Source: Thelocarpon superellum
Lineage: Eukaryota
Assembly (NCBI GenBank): GCA_026025795.1
Contig: JAPEUG010000007.1
Coordinates: 62,001-114,542, forward strand
Length of the DNA: 52,542 nt
Direction: 5' to 3'
The notes beneath the pieces were generated by a model that worked only from the letters and a program-made list of their open reading frames with translations, searched no databases and was not told the origin of the DNA. Made by a program: the position numbers and the translations under genes. This document shows positions 38,101-50,779 of the stretch, piece after piece (the first letter of the stretch is position 1; each line of letters opens with the position of its first letter).

Positions 38101-38875
38101 ATAGCTTCTTTGTTAACTAGGATCTTGATCTACAATTGTTGTAGCTTCTTTGTTCAAGGATATCCTGTGTTTGTTCTGCTCCTGTTCTGCTTCCATTGAT
38201 CTGCTTCTGCCTCTGTTCTGCTTTTGCCAAACCTTATGATGTCTACTATGTTCCCTAAGCAGGTGGCTGTGCCTAGCCTGCCTCCTGTGTTGGATTGGAG
38301 TGCTTGTCAACACTGCATCAAGTGGATTAGCCACAACTACAGCCATAGGTGCCATAAGCCTAATCTGTATAGGAAGTGCAATAGGTGCTAAACTACTAGG
38401 CACCCCTGTCTCTTAGTACATCAATTGCTCTGCTGTGTAGCTGTGCTGATTTGTTGTTGTTAACTAGATTCTAACAAAGTTTGTAGGACAGGTTAACACT
38501 ATCTTCTAGCTGCAAGAGCAGTACATGAACTTGCTCCTTCATCCTCCTACTAACACCATTGTAGTAGAAACACAGCTAGAGACCTATAGGTCTAGCCTAC
38601 TGCTCCACATCTTGAAGTTCTGTTCTACTGTTGAATTTAACAAGTGTGGATGGTGTGATAGCAGCACTCTTCTTGCTGTGACTAAGCACTTGAACTTCCT
38701 CCTAATGGAGATCCTGAACCAGCTGTGCTACTTGGTAGGTGTCTGTGTTGTCTCTGCTGCTTGCTAGGTGTTGCTCACATTGTAGTAGAATCGATTCCCT
38801 GTAGTCTGCCTATTTAGTCCTAACAAGGACCTAGACCTTCTAGACAAACCACTTAAGGGCAAGGCTGCTCCTTAA
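38101..38875 (+). pseudogene. Spliced Cys6 protein gene, antisense to element C
   Basis: CQHC-x11-C-x8-CNRC-x6-C at 38305-38409; a phase-0 intron at 38416-38467 (GTACAT...GCTGAT...TAG) joins it to the frame of ORF 38525-38767. Gene ends are approximate. Confidence 0.65.
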
Positions 38876-38924
38876 GTGTGTGGTTTCACAATTGGCAGAG
38901 TTAACCCTAGTACAAACCCTAGCT

Positions 38925-41555
38925 CTCAATCTAGTGTGCTGCACTCTAGAGGTAGTGTCTCTACTACACAAATGCTGTAACAATTGCTAGCATCTCTAGG
39001 TTGCCTGTATCATAGTTGTACTTAGTGTCTCTAAGCTTGTGCAAGTAGAATGCAATAGGTTGCTATTAGTGGTATAGCTTCTTGTCTTCCTAGTGCTGCT
39101 GGCATAGGATTCCTGAGATGCCTATCTATGAGGTGTCTGTCTTGACCTGTAGGGGGAGGCAGGGATCAAAGTGGCCTAAGACTAGTGCCTTGGTGAAGGT
39201 GTTGTGTAGTTGTTTAAAGGAGTAGTAAGCTTCCTGTGTCAATACCACTAGTGTGTTTGACTTCTTGCTTAGTGTCTTCACTAGCACATTGAGTGGCTGT
39301 GCAAGCTCTGCAAAGCCCTTGATGAAGTGCCTGTAGAAGTTTGTGAATCCAATGAATGATTGGATATCTCTTGTAGTCTTAGGAGCTGGCTATTCTACAA
39401 TAGCTTCCACCTTGCTAGGGTCCATATAGACCCCCTAAGGTGTAATGACATACCCTACAAAGGGGACTTTGTTGATATTGAACTAGTACTTTTCTAGCTT
39501 GAGAAATAGGCTGAGGTGTAGGAGGTGTTCAAGCACCTTGTACATGTGCTGTGTGTGCTTGGCCTTGACTTCACTGTATATGACAATGTTGTCCAAGTAT
39601 ACTACACAGAAGTTGTTTAGGTATTCTACTAGTTCTCTATTGATATAGCTCTAGAATGTAGCAGGGGTGTTGACAAGCCCAAATGGCATCACCTAGTATT
39701 CGAAGTGTCTATATCTTGTTTAGAAGGCTGTCTTCTACTTATCCCTGTCCTTGATGTGGATCAGGTTGTATACAGCACATACATTGAGCTTGGTGAACAC
39801 CTTGCCCTACAAGAGTTGATCTAGCAACTTGCTGATCAATGGCAGTGGGTGCTAGTTCTTCTTGGTGATCTTATTGAGACCCCTGTAGTCTACACAGAGT
39901 TGTAGTCCCCTGCCTAGCTTAGGTGCAAAGAGGACTAGGGCTCCTGCTAGCAACTTGGAATACTGGATGAACCCCTTTTCTAGGTTGGTTTCCATGTAGT
40001 CCTTGAGGATGCTTAGCTCTGTAGCTGATAGGTTGTAGAGAGGCCCCTATAGTGGCTCTCCCTCTGTGAGGTCAATGGCTATGTCATGTGGCCTATGTTG
40101 CAGTAGCTGGTTTGCTAGCTCCTTAGAGAAGACCTAATCAAGGTTAGAGTATTCAGGTGGTATAGATTGACTAATAGACACAGCTACTATAATGTAGTGC
40201 TCTTGTTAGTTGTTGTCCTTGTAGGACATGTAGATTGCAAGGACACTGATGTGCTCCTACTCCACTGCAGTGGCCAGCTCTTGGGCCTTCATGATTGTGA
40301 TGTTGTCACACTACTGTAGGATCTTGCCTCTGTGAGTCCATGTCTTTGTTGTCTAGCAGATGTCTGGGTTGTGCTTGTTAAGCTACAGGTAACCTAGAAC
40401 CATCTTGTACTAGTTGAATGGTGTAGCCACAAAGGAGTCCTTTGAGTCTAGGACCTGCCCTTTGCTATCTCTAGCATGGCTGGTCAACTGCTTGACCCTA
40501 TATGTAGGGATATGATGTCCTCTGAATGCTATTACCTGTAGGGCAGGCTTGTTGCAGTCACATAGCTACAGCTCCTTAGCTAGTAGATGTAACACAAAGT
40601 TTTGTTCTACTCTAGAATTGATTAGTGCTGTGGCTGTGACTGTCCTGTTGTCTTGTAGGATCTCAATTAGGATGACCAATTGTCTTGTGTTGGTCTCAGA
40701 ATGGTGACTCAGTAGTGCTGACATAATGTCTACTAAGTCCCTGCTTTTGGGTTGTGTGCTGGCTTCCCTTGCTTCTTGCTATAGCAGTCCTTCTCCTTAT
40801 GGCCCTTGTAGCTACACTAGTTGCATTTGCCACTAAACCCCTTTGATGTTGTATAGGTTGAACTACTACTATAGTCCTAGGGCTTAGTTGATGTGGATGA
40901 GGTGTTTAATGTTAATAGGGCAGATGTGTGGTTCCATGTACAGCTCCCTCCTATTGACTGGTTTGGTAGGGATCAGCCTGACTATGACATCAATCAACTG
41001 CTTCCACACAGCTGTAGCACTGATCTGCAGCCCTGTTTGGGTCCTGAGCCTAGCCCTAGGGCCCTGCTTACAGCCTGAGGGTTCAGGAGTTGCTGAACCT
41101 TAGATGCCTCTACTATTAGGCTCTCTTGATTGGTAGGGTGTTTGTCCTTAGTGTCAAGTTCTTGTTGTATCTCTAGTAGTAAGCTGGCCTATAGCACTCT
41201 AACACAAGCTGTGTTGTTGATAGGGTCTATGAGGTCCTCTAGTGATTCCAGGTAGGATACAAAGCAAAATAGGTCCTGTCCTGGCTTCTGCTTTGCTCTG
41301 TAGTATGACTGTGCTGCACTGTTAGCTCAGGTGTTGCTAGGGTTGATCAAAAGTTGGAAGAAGTTCTTAACTTCCTTCCAGGTTGTTAGTGGTGTGGCCC
41401 CTGCTTGCTTGTGTACAAACTGGTTGACTATGCCAGGCCCTAGCTAGTTGCTTGCAAGGGTAAGCTAGTCCTCATCTGTCTTATAGGTGTACAGCTTGGT
41501 GTGTAGAAGGTGTTTGACATAGTAGACCTAGTATTGCTACTTGTTGTAGGTGTGA
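38925..41555 (-). pseudogene. Element C gag (3' part), protease, RT and RNase H; the 5' part of gag lies at ~49494-49976
   Basis: CN*CSYKGHKEKDC knuckle at ~40800, LINS (LIDSG) at ~40620, VVYLDN at ~39595, HFDP...KTDTS...PIAFY...EMLAIV; homology stops abruptly at ~38925. Confidence 0.88.
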
Positions 41556-41860
41556 CTGTTTGTTACACATGTGTCTTGAATAGTCCTAAAGAGGTTGACT
41601 GGTCAGGGCTATAGTGAAGGGGTGTTGATTCTTAACTAGTCTAAGTCACTAAGCAGTGTGGGTTTAAATAGTAGCCCACCTGCTTACTAACTAGTCTAGT
41701 CTCCTTAGGTCCTTCCAACTGAGCCCTAGTCTCCCTGGGTCCTTCTGACTAAGCCCTAGACTAGTCCCAAGGTCTGTCTGACTTGTCCTGTAACACTGCA
41801 TCCCCCTCTTCTAGCTTCTTGTCCTGAGAAGCTTGTTGTCACTAGTCAGGATTAGGTTGA

Positions 41861-43768
41861 TTAGGTTACCATGGGTGAGGACTTGCTAAGTTGCTAGTTG
41901 AGGGTGTTGCAGAAGTCTCAAACCATCTGGACCTTAGATTTGAAAACAAGGAATATCATCAGGGTCGCTAGCTGTCCCCTCCTATTGTCTGGTCAGTTTT
42001 GAAGTTTGTAAAGGGCCCACTAGACATGGTGTCTCTAGACATGGTTGTTGAAGTTGTTGACATATTCTATAGTAGACATGTCTCCATCAATGAGACTGTT
42101 AGCCATGTTGTGATAGGTGTCTCTTCCTCTATGTTCCACATGTAGGAATAGGACATAGTAGGCTTTAATGTCCACTAGGGCCTATGTCAGGAACAATCCT
42201 AGTGTGAATTGTGCATAAACTGTTGATCTGGCTTGTCGCTTGAGTAGGATCGATGCTGGTGGCTTAGGGGTCAAGTCTGGATTTTTTTGTTGCCTCTTCT
42301 TCTAATCCATCACAGCTTTTGCCAATTCTGGACAATCTATGTAGAGGGTGCTGTACACAAACTTTGTGAATTTCAGATTGTAATCTGCTTAGAGCACAGC
42401 AAGAGGTTGTCTGGAAGGGGCCTATCCTCCTTTAACCAGCAAGAGCAGGATTTGTCTAAGTTAGTCTATGGAGAAGTGGGTTAGGTCCCTGTCTAGCAGT
42501 CCTAGGATCTTGTGAGAATGGTAAAGCAAAGGCACCACTGCCAGGAGTTTGTCTTGTTGTATCCCAAAGGCTGTGATTGGCATACATTCTCTTACTACAT
42601 TAGATAGGTGTAGCTGGGCTCTAGTGTGTGTGTCCAGTGGTGTCTTAGGATTGGGGATGAGTGTGTTGTCCTGATTGTGGAATCCTGGTGAGATTGTTTG
42701 TGGACCCTTCTCTACTGGCATTGTTTTGGCCTATTGTCCATTATCATCTCCTTCTGTGTCTGTCTCTTGTAGTTGCACTGTTGGTGGTATGGGTGTTATT
42801 GTTAGGATTGGTTCTTGCATGGGGGTGCTTGAGAGGACTGGGGACAGGAGTCCTTGGGACTCTGTGCTAGTCTACAACTAGGTACTTGTAATTAGTGGTG
42901 GTGGTTGGTGCAGTGCCCCTTGTCTCCTTGATGTGACTGGTTGTGGTGATGATCCTTCCTGTTAGCTTGGCTCTAGTCAACCTGCTGTCGCTTCCTAGGT
43001 GGGTTAGCTCAACTGCTGGGGATTTGGGTGATTCTGGTCTGAAATCGGTCCCTGCAGTGGGAGGTTTTGCTAGACTTGTCCCAAGTTGTACTAGGGTTGG
43101 GGAAGGGCAGTGTAAGAAGAGGGTAGCTGGAGGGGTTGTTGCACATGCCACTTGGAGTTATGTGGTTGGGGATGGTAGTAGCCATAGATAGGATAGTTTG
43201 GGTATGGGGATGGAAGTTGATGTCTATATAGTAATGGAGGTGGGCTGTACCTGAACCCTGGGTGTAGCCTGTAGGCAAATGGAAAGTTCAGAGCTGTGTA
43301 TCCCAAGTTGTGGATAGCTGGGACTAGTCTTGGACTAGCATCCTGTAGCAGGGCTGGCTGTGTCTAGTAGTTCTAGTGTGTCTGGTACTGGGGTGTAATT
43401 CCTGGGTACTCCAATTGCTGCTTGTGTAGTTGAGGTCCTAGTGGGTGCCTTGCCTGGTTGGCTTGTGAGGTGCTGTCTAGTAGCTGTTCATTGTTCTCAA
43501 TCATTGTACTGTATGAGTGGTGTCTTGGTTGTGGCTGGTTGATCTGTGTGGTGGATGAGTTGCTAGGCTATCCTTGCCTAGCAGCTTCTGCTCTGTCTTG
43601 TCCTGTCAAGACTTGTCTAGTATCAGTTAGTGGATACTAGGGCTCTGTTTGGCTTGAGTGAGGCATAGGTGTAGGGGGTCTTGGGGTGTGATGTGGTGGA
43701 GGTGGTGGTAGTGGCATGGTTGTTCAGTTCCCCAGGTATAACAGCTTGTTGTCATCATGACTTGCCAT
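41861..43768 (-). pseudogene. Element D extra 3' ORF (~636 codons, Pro/Gln-rich N-terminal part), same strand as pol
   Basis: ATG at 43768 (MASHDDNKLLY...). The same frame includes ORF 43091-43306 and the protein-like segment RQARSTVYAQFTLGLFL...DIKAYYVLFLHVEHRGRD from 42238. The internal stops in the stretches translated are TGA/TAG. Confidence 0.65.
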
Positions 43769-44139
43769 TTTGGTCAGGTTGTGAAGAGGGTGAGAAGGGG
43801 GTGAGGGTTGAGAACAGTAGAAGAAAAGGTTGTAGGATGTAGAGGGTTGGGGTGGCTAGGGCTTTCCTTTATGTGTGTGTTCACATCACTCTAGGGTCAC
43901 CTAGTTTCGATTCCTCACAATTCAATGTAGTAGTGAAGTGCTTGACACCTATGGAGACTTGTAGAGTTACTGGTGCTTGATGCCACTTATTAGGAGTCTC
44001 TTCTGTGTTTTAGCACTCAACGCTTGGTTTAGTGTTCATACCTGGCATTCAACACACATTGAGTGATCACACTTTCCTTAGCAGATATGAGAATTATGCA
44101 ATTGTGGTGTAGCAATAGCTAAGGGGGTAGATATAGTGG

Positions 44140-47100
44140 ATGCATCCTATACCTCCTCCAGCCACAGGTCTATGGGGTGTTGGTTGTGGAACTCCTGGAC
44201 TAGCTGTGCAGCATTCTTGACATTCTTTAGTAGCTTCTAAGTGTTGTTGTGGTTGCTGTATCCTTCCCACTTGACTAGGTATTGTAGTCTACCCCAATGT
44301 TGTCTTGAAGTGATGATCTTTTTAACAATGTACTCAAGTGCTGTCTCATCTCCATCACCCACTACCTTGACCAGCTCTAGGGCCACCTTGACTCTTCCAT
44401 CTAGGGTGTTTTTGTTCTATTGTTCAAGGCTACTCACATGGAAGACTGGGTGCACCTTGAAGGAGTGGGGGACTTGGAGTTGGTATGCTTGGTTGCCTAT
44501 ATGTTTTGAGATTGTATAGGGGCTGAGTTTCTTGGGGCTCAGCTTCTTGCTGGGTCTGTTGATCTAGAGGTTGGCAGCCTTTACCAAGACCCTGTCACCT
44601 GGGTTGAACTTGACTAGTTTGTGTTTCACATCATGCCTTTTTGCTTGGACATCCTGGGCATGAGTGAGGGTGTTAGTGAGGTCAGAATGGAAGGTGGTCA
44701 TGCTCTTGGCAAACTTCTCAGCCATTGGTGCCAACATCCCATGCTGTCGCTGCTAGGATGGTAGAGTCAGGTAGCAACCTGAACAGATAAAGAATAGCAA
44801 ATGTTTTGTCATCTCTCTAGGGGAATTGTTATATACAAATTCAGCAAGTGCTAAGAGGTCTGCCTAATCGTCCTGTCACTAGCTCAAGTAGTATCTCAGG
44901 TACTGTTTGAGGGTCTGGTTTAGTCATTCTGTGCTTCTGTTGGTCTGTGGGTGAAACACAGTGGAAAGGTGCCTTGAAACACCAAGGGCTTTTATGAGTG
45001 TTGCCTAGAAATGGGAAGTAAAGAGACTTCCCCAATCTGACACAATGGACAACAGAAGACTGTAGAGCTAGATAATGTTCTTAACCAGTAGGTGGGCTAG
45101 CCCAAACACATCAATGGTGGTTTGGCAGGGTACAAAGTGGCCCATTTGTGAGAATTGGTCAATTATCACCTAGACAGTGTCATAAGGCCCCTTATCTGTT
45201 GATGTCCTGGATTCTGGCAGGCTAGTGACAAAGTCCATTACTATGTCTGTCCATAGTCTGTTAGGGACTGGCAGGGGTGCTAGCTCACTGTATGTGGCAT
45301 GGTGGCTAGTCTTGTTGTATTGGCAAGTGCTACAGGTCTAGGTGTACTTGCTAACTAGGTCTGGTAGGGCAGGCCAGTATGCCTAACAACTGATGTGTTT
45401 GGTTGTCTTCTTGACTCTGAAGTGGTCTACAGTTGGCAAATTGTGGAACTCCTTGAGGATCTGAAGTCATAGTGGCTGAGTTAGGACATATAGTCAATCC
45501 CCTTTATAGAAGACTAGTCTGTCTTACAGGCTGAAGTTGGTGTCCTTGTCTAGGAGATGTAGGTTAGATGGGGTGTAAGCCTGACAGATTGTGTTGACTA
45601 GGGAAGGCTGATCCAGTGGTACTAGTTGTTTGCTGGTGTTGTTCAGAAGCTGGACTGTTGCTGTTCTTGCTTGTGTCATCCTAGTGATTCCTATAGTGAG
45701 GAGCTGTGCAATGGCCTCAGTTGGTAGTTGGGTCTTGTCTACTCTAGTTGCTAGTAAGGAGAGGAAGAGATTTGGTTGCTCAGCTATGTCCCCTGTGTTG
45801 TAGTCTGGTTGTTGTGATAGTGTGTCTGCTGGATTTTTCCAACCTACACAGTAGAGGAGTTCAAAATCAAAAGCAGATAGGAACTCAGCCCATTGTGCCT
45901 GTCACCTAGACAGCACAGTTGTTGTCATGAAGTATGTCAGGTTTGCATGATCTGAAATGACACAGATCTTGTGCAACACTCCTTTGAGGAAGTGTTGAAA
46001 GGTCTTGAAGCCTTGGACAATCACAAGCATCTTGTGGTCATAGGTCTCATACCTACTCTCTGTGTCCATGAGTTTTCAGGAGTAGAACATGACAGGGTGT
46101 CTATAGGTGTTGTCTTGGATTTGGGTGAGGACTGTAGCAATTGCAAAGGTGCTAGTGTCTGTCTCAAGTGTGCTTTGTTGCTCTAGGTCATGGTGGACCA
46201 GGAATGGGGCTGAGCAGAAAGCTGTTTTCAACACCTCAAATGATGCCTAGGCCTTGTTGTCCTATCCAAACAGGTGGTCCTTTCAGGTTAGGCAGGTCAT
46301 CCCTAGGGCGATTTTGCTGTAGTCTTAAATGAATTGCTAGTAGAAATTGGTGAATCCCAGGAAGGCCTAGACCTGCTTAAGGGTATGTAGGGTTGGCTAA
46401 GTCTGAATTGTGTCCACTTGTGATAGGTCTATCTTGAAACCATTGTGGCTAACAATAAAGCCAAGGAACTTGATGGTCCTTATCTAGAATTGACATTTCT
46501 TCAACTTGCAATACAGCCTAGCAGCTAGGAGCAGTTGGAGTACCTCATGGACATCCTTGGTGTGTTGATTGTTGTTAGTTAAGTAGATGAGGATGTTGTT
46601 AAGGTAGACAACACAGGTCAGGTCCACTACACTATGCAGTGTGCAATCAATATATCTCTAGAAGGTTGCTAGTGCATTGCACATTCTGAAGGGGAGGACA
46701 CAATACTTGTAGAGACTGTATCTGCTTTAGAAGGCTGTGAGGTACTTGTCCTCCTCCCAAATGTGTATAAGGTTGTATACTCCTCTAAGGTTAAGCTTAG
46801 TGAAGATAGTAGCCTTCTTGAGTTGGTCTAGTATGTTGCTAATTAGTGGGATGGGGTAGTGGTCCTTGACTGTGATCTGGTTTAGTCCCTGATAGTCTAT
46901 GCATAGTCTCAACAAGCCATCTTTCTTCTTGGTGAAGAGGACAGGCACCCTACAAGGAGATTTTGAGGGTTGGATAAATCCTAAGGCAAGATTCTTGTTG
47001 ATGTTATCTTGGAGTACCTTCATCTCTGTTGCACTCAGGTTGTAACAGGGGCTGTACAGGAGCTTTGCTGTTTTGTCTACAACTATCATGTGGTCTAGGT

Positions 47101-49200
47101 CACCCTGATGTGGTGGAAGTACAAGAGCTTGTTTCTTTTCAAACACAGCTGCGAGATCTGTATACTTGTCTAGTACTATGTCCACCTGTCCATCACTTCC
47201 TGTAGTGGCTGTGTTCACTGTAGGAAGTCCATGTTGTGCCTTAGACATTTCCACTAATGTCAGGAGAGGAACTAGACTATTTGTGGCCTCTCTATCCCCA
47301 TCCCCTTGGCTGGCCTGAAGGGGGGAGAGGAAGACCTCCCTAGAGCTAAAATCTATACAAGGGTTGCAGTCCCCTAGCTAGGGGAGTCCTAGGAGCAAGT
47401 TGTGGGACATTTCGACAGCCTGGAAAAAGTGAATGGACAAGTCTACTGTGTCTTGGGGGCCTATGTTGAGCTAGTACAGCAAGTGTGTGGCCACAGCTAG
47501 AGTCACACTGTCATCCACAGCTGTGATGCAAGGTAGCTCTGTAGGGCTCTGGATTAGTTTGCAAAGCAATTGGGTGACAATATGGTTGCCTACACAATTT
47601 ATAGTAGCTGCACTATCAAGGACAGCTATGACAGTGAGCTGTTGCAAGTCAGCTAGTCAAGTTGGGGTTGTGTCATAGATGAGGAAATCTAGGGTAATAA
47701 GTCTGCTTGGTGCCATGCAGTTAAGCTTGTAGTAGGTCCTGTTGCTCTGGATAGCTATTATGATGGTTGTTAGCACTTCCTTGTCCTTTGGCTGTTGTCC
47801 TTCAGCTCCACAGCCAGCAGCCTCTATAGTTGCAGAGTTTTGTTTTTCACTAGAGCCAACCCATTCTGCCTAAGCTGGAACTTAGAACAACAGTCTGATG
47901 CCTAGTGACCTTTATTACTACAGTTGAGGCATTAGCTGTTCTTGTGATGCTAACATTGATTAGCTGGGTAAAGATCAGCCTGTTGTAGGGTTCCTTGATT
48001 ACTGCTTGCTGTATTGAAGGGTGGTTGACCAGTTGAGGGGTAATGTGTCCTCTTCCAGTCCCCAACAGGTTCCTCCCAATGGACCTGCTTGTTCCCTGAG
48101 AGTGGTCCTAAGTTTCCATCTCCCTAGAAGCCTTCTTGATCTCTTAGGACATGCCTAGTCAAGGCAATGTGTTTCTTAGCCTGTTGTGCTGCTTGATGCT
48201 ATTGTGCAAATGTTGTGGGGGGAATTGGCTGCATTGACATTATCTTACTAAGGATTAGCACTGTCAGCTTCTAGTAGAAGATGTTGCTAATGGTGTTGTT
48301 GTTCTACAAGAGGTCTGCTTGGACTGTCTCAAATTGGTTGATGAAGTCTATGACAGGTTCACAGTAGCCTATCCTCAAGTTTGTCATTGCCCTTAAGGCA
48401 TCTCCCTTTGGGTTAGCTAGGCTGTAATTTTCTCCTAGCTAGTCCTTGAGGAGATCCCAATTAGCGAAAATGGGATTTGACAGCTCTATCGCTTTCATTA
48501 TTGTGAGTTGGTTGTAGAGGAAGCCTTTAGTGTAGTTGTAAGCCAACAAAGCTTTGACCAAGCTCACAGTGACTCCTGATAATGCAAGGTATTCTTCAAA
48601 CTGCACAATCCACCTGTGTAGCTCACAGGCTGTCCTGTTGAATGTTTGAGGTTTCCTGGCCTTTACATGTCTGTTACTAGTCATGGCTAAGGAATGGGTT
48701 GTACTGATGCTCTGCAAGTGAGGAAGTGTTCACCCTCAAATCAGAGGCAACTCCACATTGTGTGTTGTCTCAAGTACCAGGGTGCAAGGTTCATGAATCT
48801 CCTCTAGTAGGTTTGTTACCTAAGGGGTTGTCTGTTAGGCTGTGAGGATGGCACTGATCTGTTGATGCAATTCCCCTATGTCTTAAACCAGGATGGCATT
48901 TTCTCATTGTAGTTCTTAGACTTGTTCTCTCAAGGAACTAGTTGTTGAGGATCTGCCTCTGCTCAGGGGGTTGGGGGTGTCAATGACTTCTGTTGCTAGT
49001 TCTAGTTGGCTTGTTGGAATGGGTTCAACAGGTGGCATCTTGATTCCAGTGCTCTCATCTATCTCCAGGGTCTGTGGGGGGTCTACTTGGTAGTTGTCCC
49101 TATTATGTTTGTCACTAGAGGGCTTAAGGGGATTGGTGACTCCTTGGCTACAGGTGCAGGGTTGTCCTTGTGTGGGGATTATTGTCTAGGAGCTGTTTTC
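44140..49200 (-). pseudogene. Element D gag-pol (Gag, CCHC knuckle, protease, RT, RNase H, integrase, chromodomain)
   Basis: KARKPQTFN in Gag, CLNCSNKGH*ASDC at ~47900, LDSA at ~47610, PVLFTKKKDGLLRLCIDYQGLN, VYLNN at ~46600, WTDIVMDFVTSLP at ~45240, YLVKWEGY at ~44270; boundaries approximate. Confidence 0.92.
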
Positions 49201-50294
49201 CAAATCTCCTCAAGCTCACTGTGGTGAGGCTGACCAAGAGTGAAGAATCAAACTGTTACACATGTGTCTTGAATAGTCCTGAAGAGGTTGACTGGTCAGG
49301 GCTACAGTGAAGGGGTGTTGATTCTTAACTAGTCTAAGTCACCAAGTAGTGTGGGTTTAAATAGTAGCCCACCTGCTTACTAACTAGTCTAGTCTCCTCA
49401 GGTCCTTCCAACTGAGCCCTAGTCTCCCTAGGTCCTTCCAACCAAGCCCTAGACTAGTCCCAAGGTCTGTCCAACTCGTCCTGTGACACTGTTGTAGTAG
49501 GGTGGATTACCCACATCCCTGTCCTTCTCCTCTCTGTGTTGCTTCTGTGTGGTGCCTAAGGATGTGGACAAGTCAGGTGAATGGGGTTGTTGTTGGGGAG
49601 TGTTTCTAGCAGTCTGCTTAGGTGTGGTGTCAAGCTGTGTTTCTCTAGAGGTCTTATTAGCAGTTTCTCTAGGTGTGGTGTCTGTTGTGTGGCTCTGCTA
49701 CCTAGCAATCTCTTGCTCTAGTTTTTGAATATCAGCTTCCTTCTTGAGGACACACAGCTGTTCTTCAAGGGTCTGCTTGTGTTGTAGGTAGGATATTGTG
49801 GCTGTAGGTGGTGTAGGGGCTTCTGTGCTTGTTGAGGCCTGCTGGATCTCATAGTCTTGTTGACTGTCTGCTAAGATCTCAGTGTTGGTATTGATGTTGT
49901 TGATCCTAGTCTTAGTGTCAGGTCTGCTTGACCCCTGTGTGGCTCCTAGGTGGGATGTTGCTCAAGTCTCCACTATGGTGCCTGTCTGACTAGTTCTAGC
50001 TAGTACCCTACTAGGTATCAAGTGTTCAAAACTGTGATAACAAAGGCCTACAGCTAGGCAGAAACAGTAGACATAGTCAATGGAGTTGACTATATAGCTC
50101 CTAGGGCTCATAGACCTATGACTAGCCTCCTTGTGTTACTTGAGTTAAACACTAGGGCTCTACTAGCTTGTAGTGGGACTTGGTTTATATACAGTGTGCT
50201 AGGTCATGTACTGTATCATGTGACTGTCACATGGCCATCACATGATCACTCTTATCCTTGTGGCAAGGTGTGGAGCTCCTAGCCTCACAGTGCC

Positions 50295-50741
50295 TCTATT
50301 GGAAATGCTTTGTATAGAAGCAGAAAGGTTGACTAAGGAGCAATTAGAGAAGAATAAGAAGACATAGGACAACAGCAGAAAAGGAATTACATTTGAAAAG
50401 GGAGATCTAGTGCTGATCTGTAGAGCTATAGCACAGAAGTAGGACACTAAGTGGTAGGGACCCTACAGGATTAGACAAGTACACCCATTCAACATATACA
50501 AACTAGAAGATCCAAAGGGGGTACAGCTAGCAACCCTCATTAACAGTGACCAACTCCAGAAAGCAAGGGTTGAAGGTTGTATCACTAGGGGTTGGAAGAT
50601 GCTGTGTGCTAGAGGTTGACTAGTACAGGCAACCCAGTTGTACAGAAGTGAGCAATTGGAAGACATGCTGATAGTAGCCAATAACAACAAATTCAACACA
50701 ATTCTACTAGAGGAGGAAGACAGGGGTACAGATCACAAATA
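50295..50741 (+). pseudogene. Element A integrase C-terminus (GPY/F module), no chromodomain seen
   Basis: Resumes after the TSD of C: FEKGDLVLI...KW*GPYRIRQV...YKLEDPKG...LINSDQL. Confidence 0.8.
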
Positions 50742-50779
50742 GGAGGTGTATAGCAGAGGCACAGCAACAGGGCCTAGGT

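Larger units (their letters stand above)
41561..49488 (-). mobile_element. Element D: full-length chromovirus-type Ty3/Gypsy element (7.9 kb) inserted in the gag of C
   Basis: 235-bp LTRs at 41561-41795 and 49254-49488, each with an internal 30-bp duplication; perfect TSD CTGTT; minus-strand PPT GAAGAGGGGG at ~41801-41811. Confidence 0.96.
37645..50289 (-). mobile_element. Element C: Ty3/Gypsy element lacking integrase, inserted in the integrase region of A and hosting D
   Basis: 257-bp LTRs at 37645-37901 and 50033-50289; perfect TSD GTGCC; minus-strand PPT AAGGAAGGGGG next to 37902. Confidence 0.95.
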
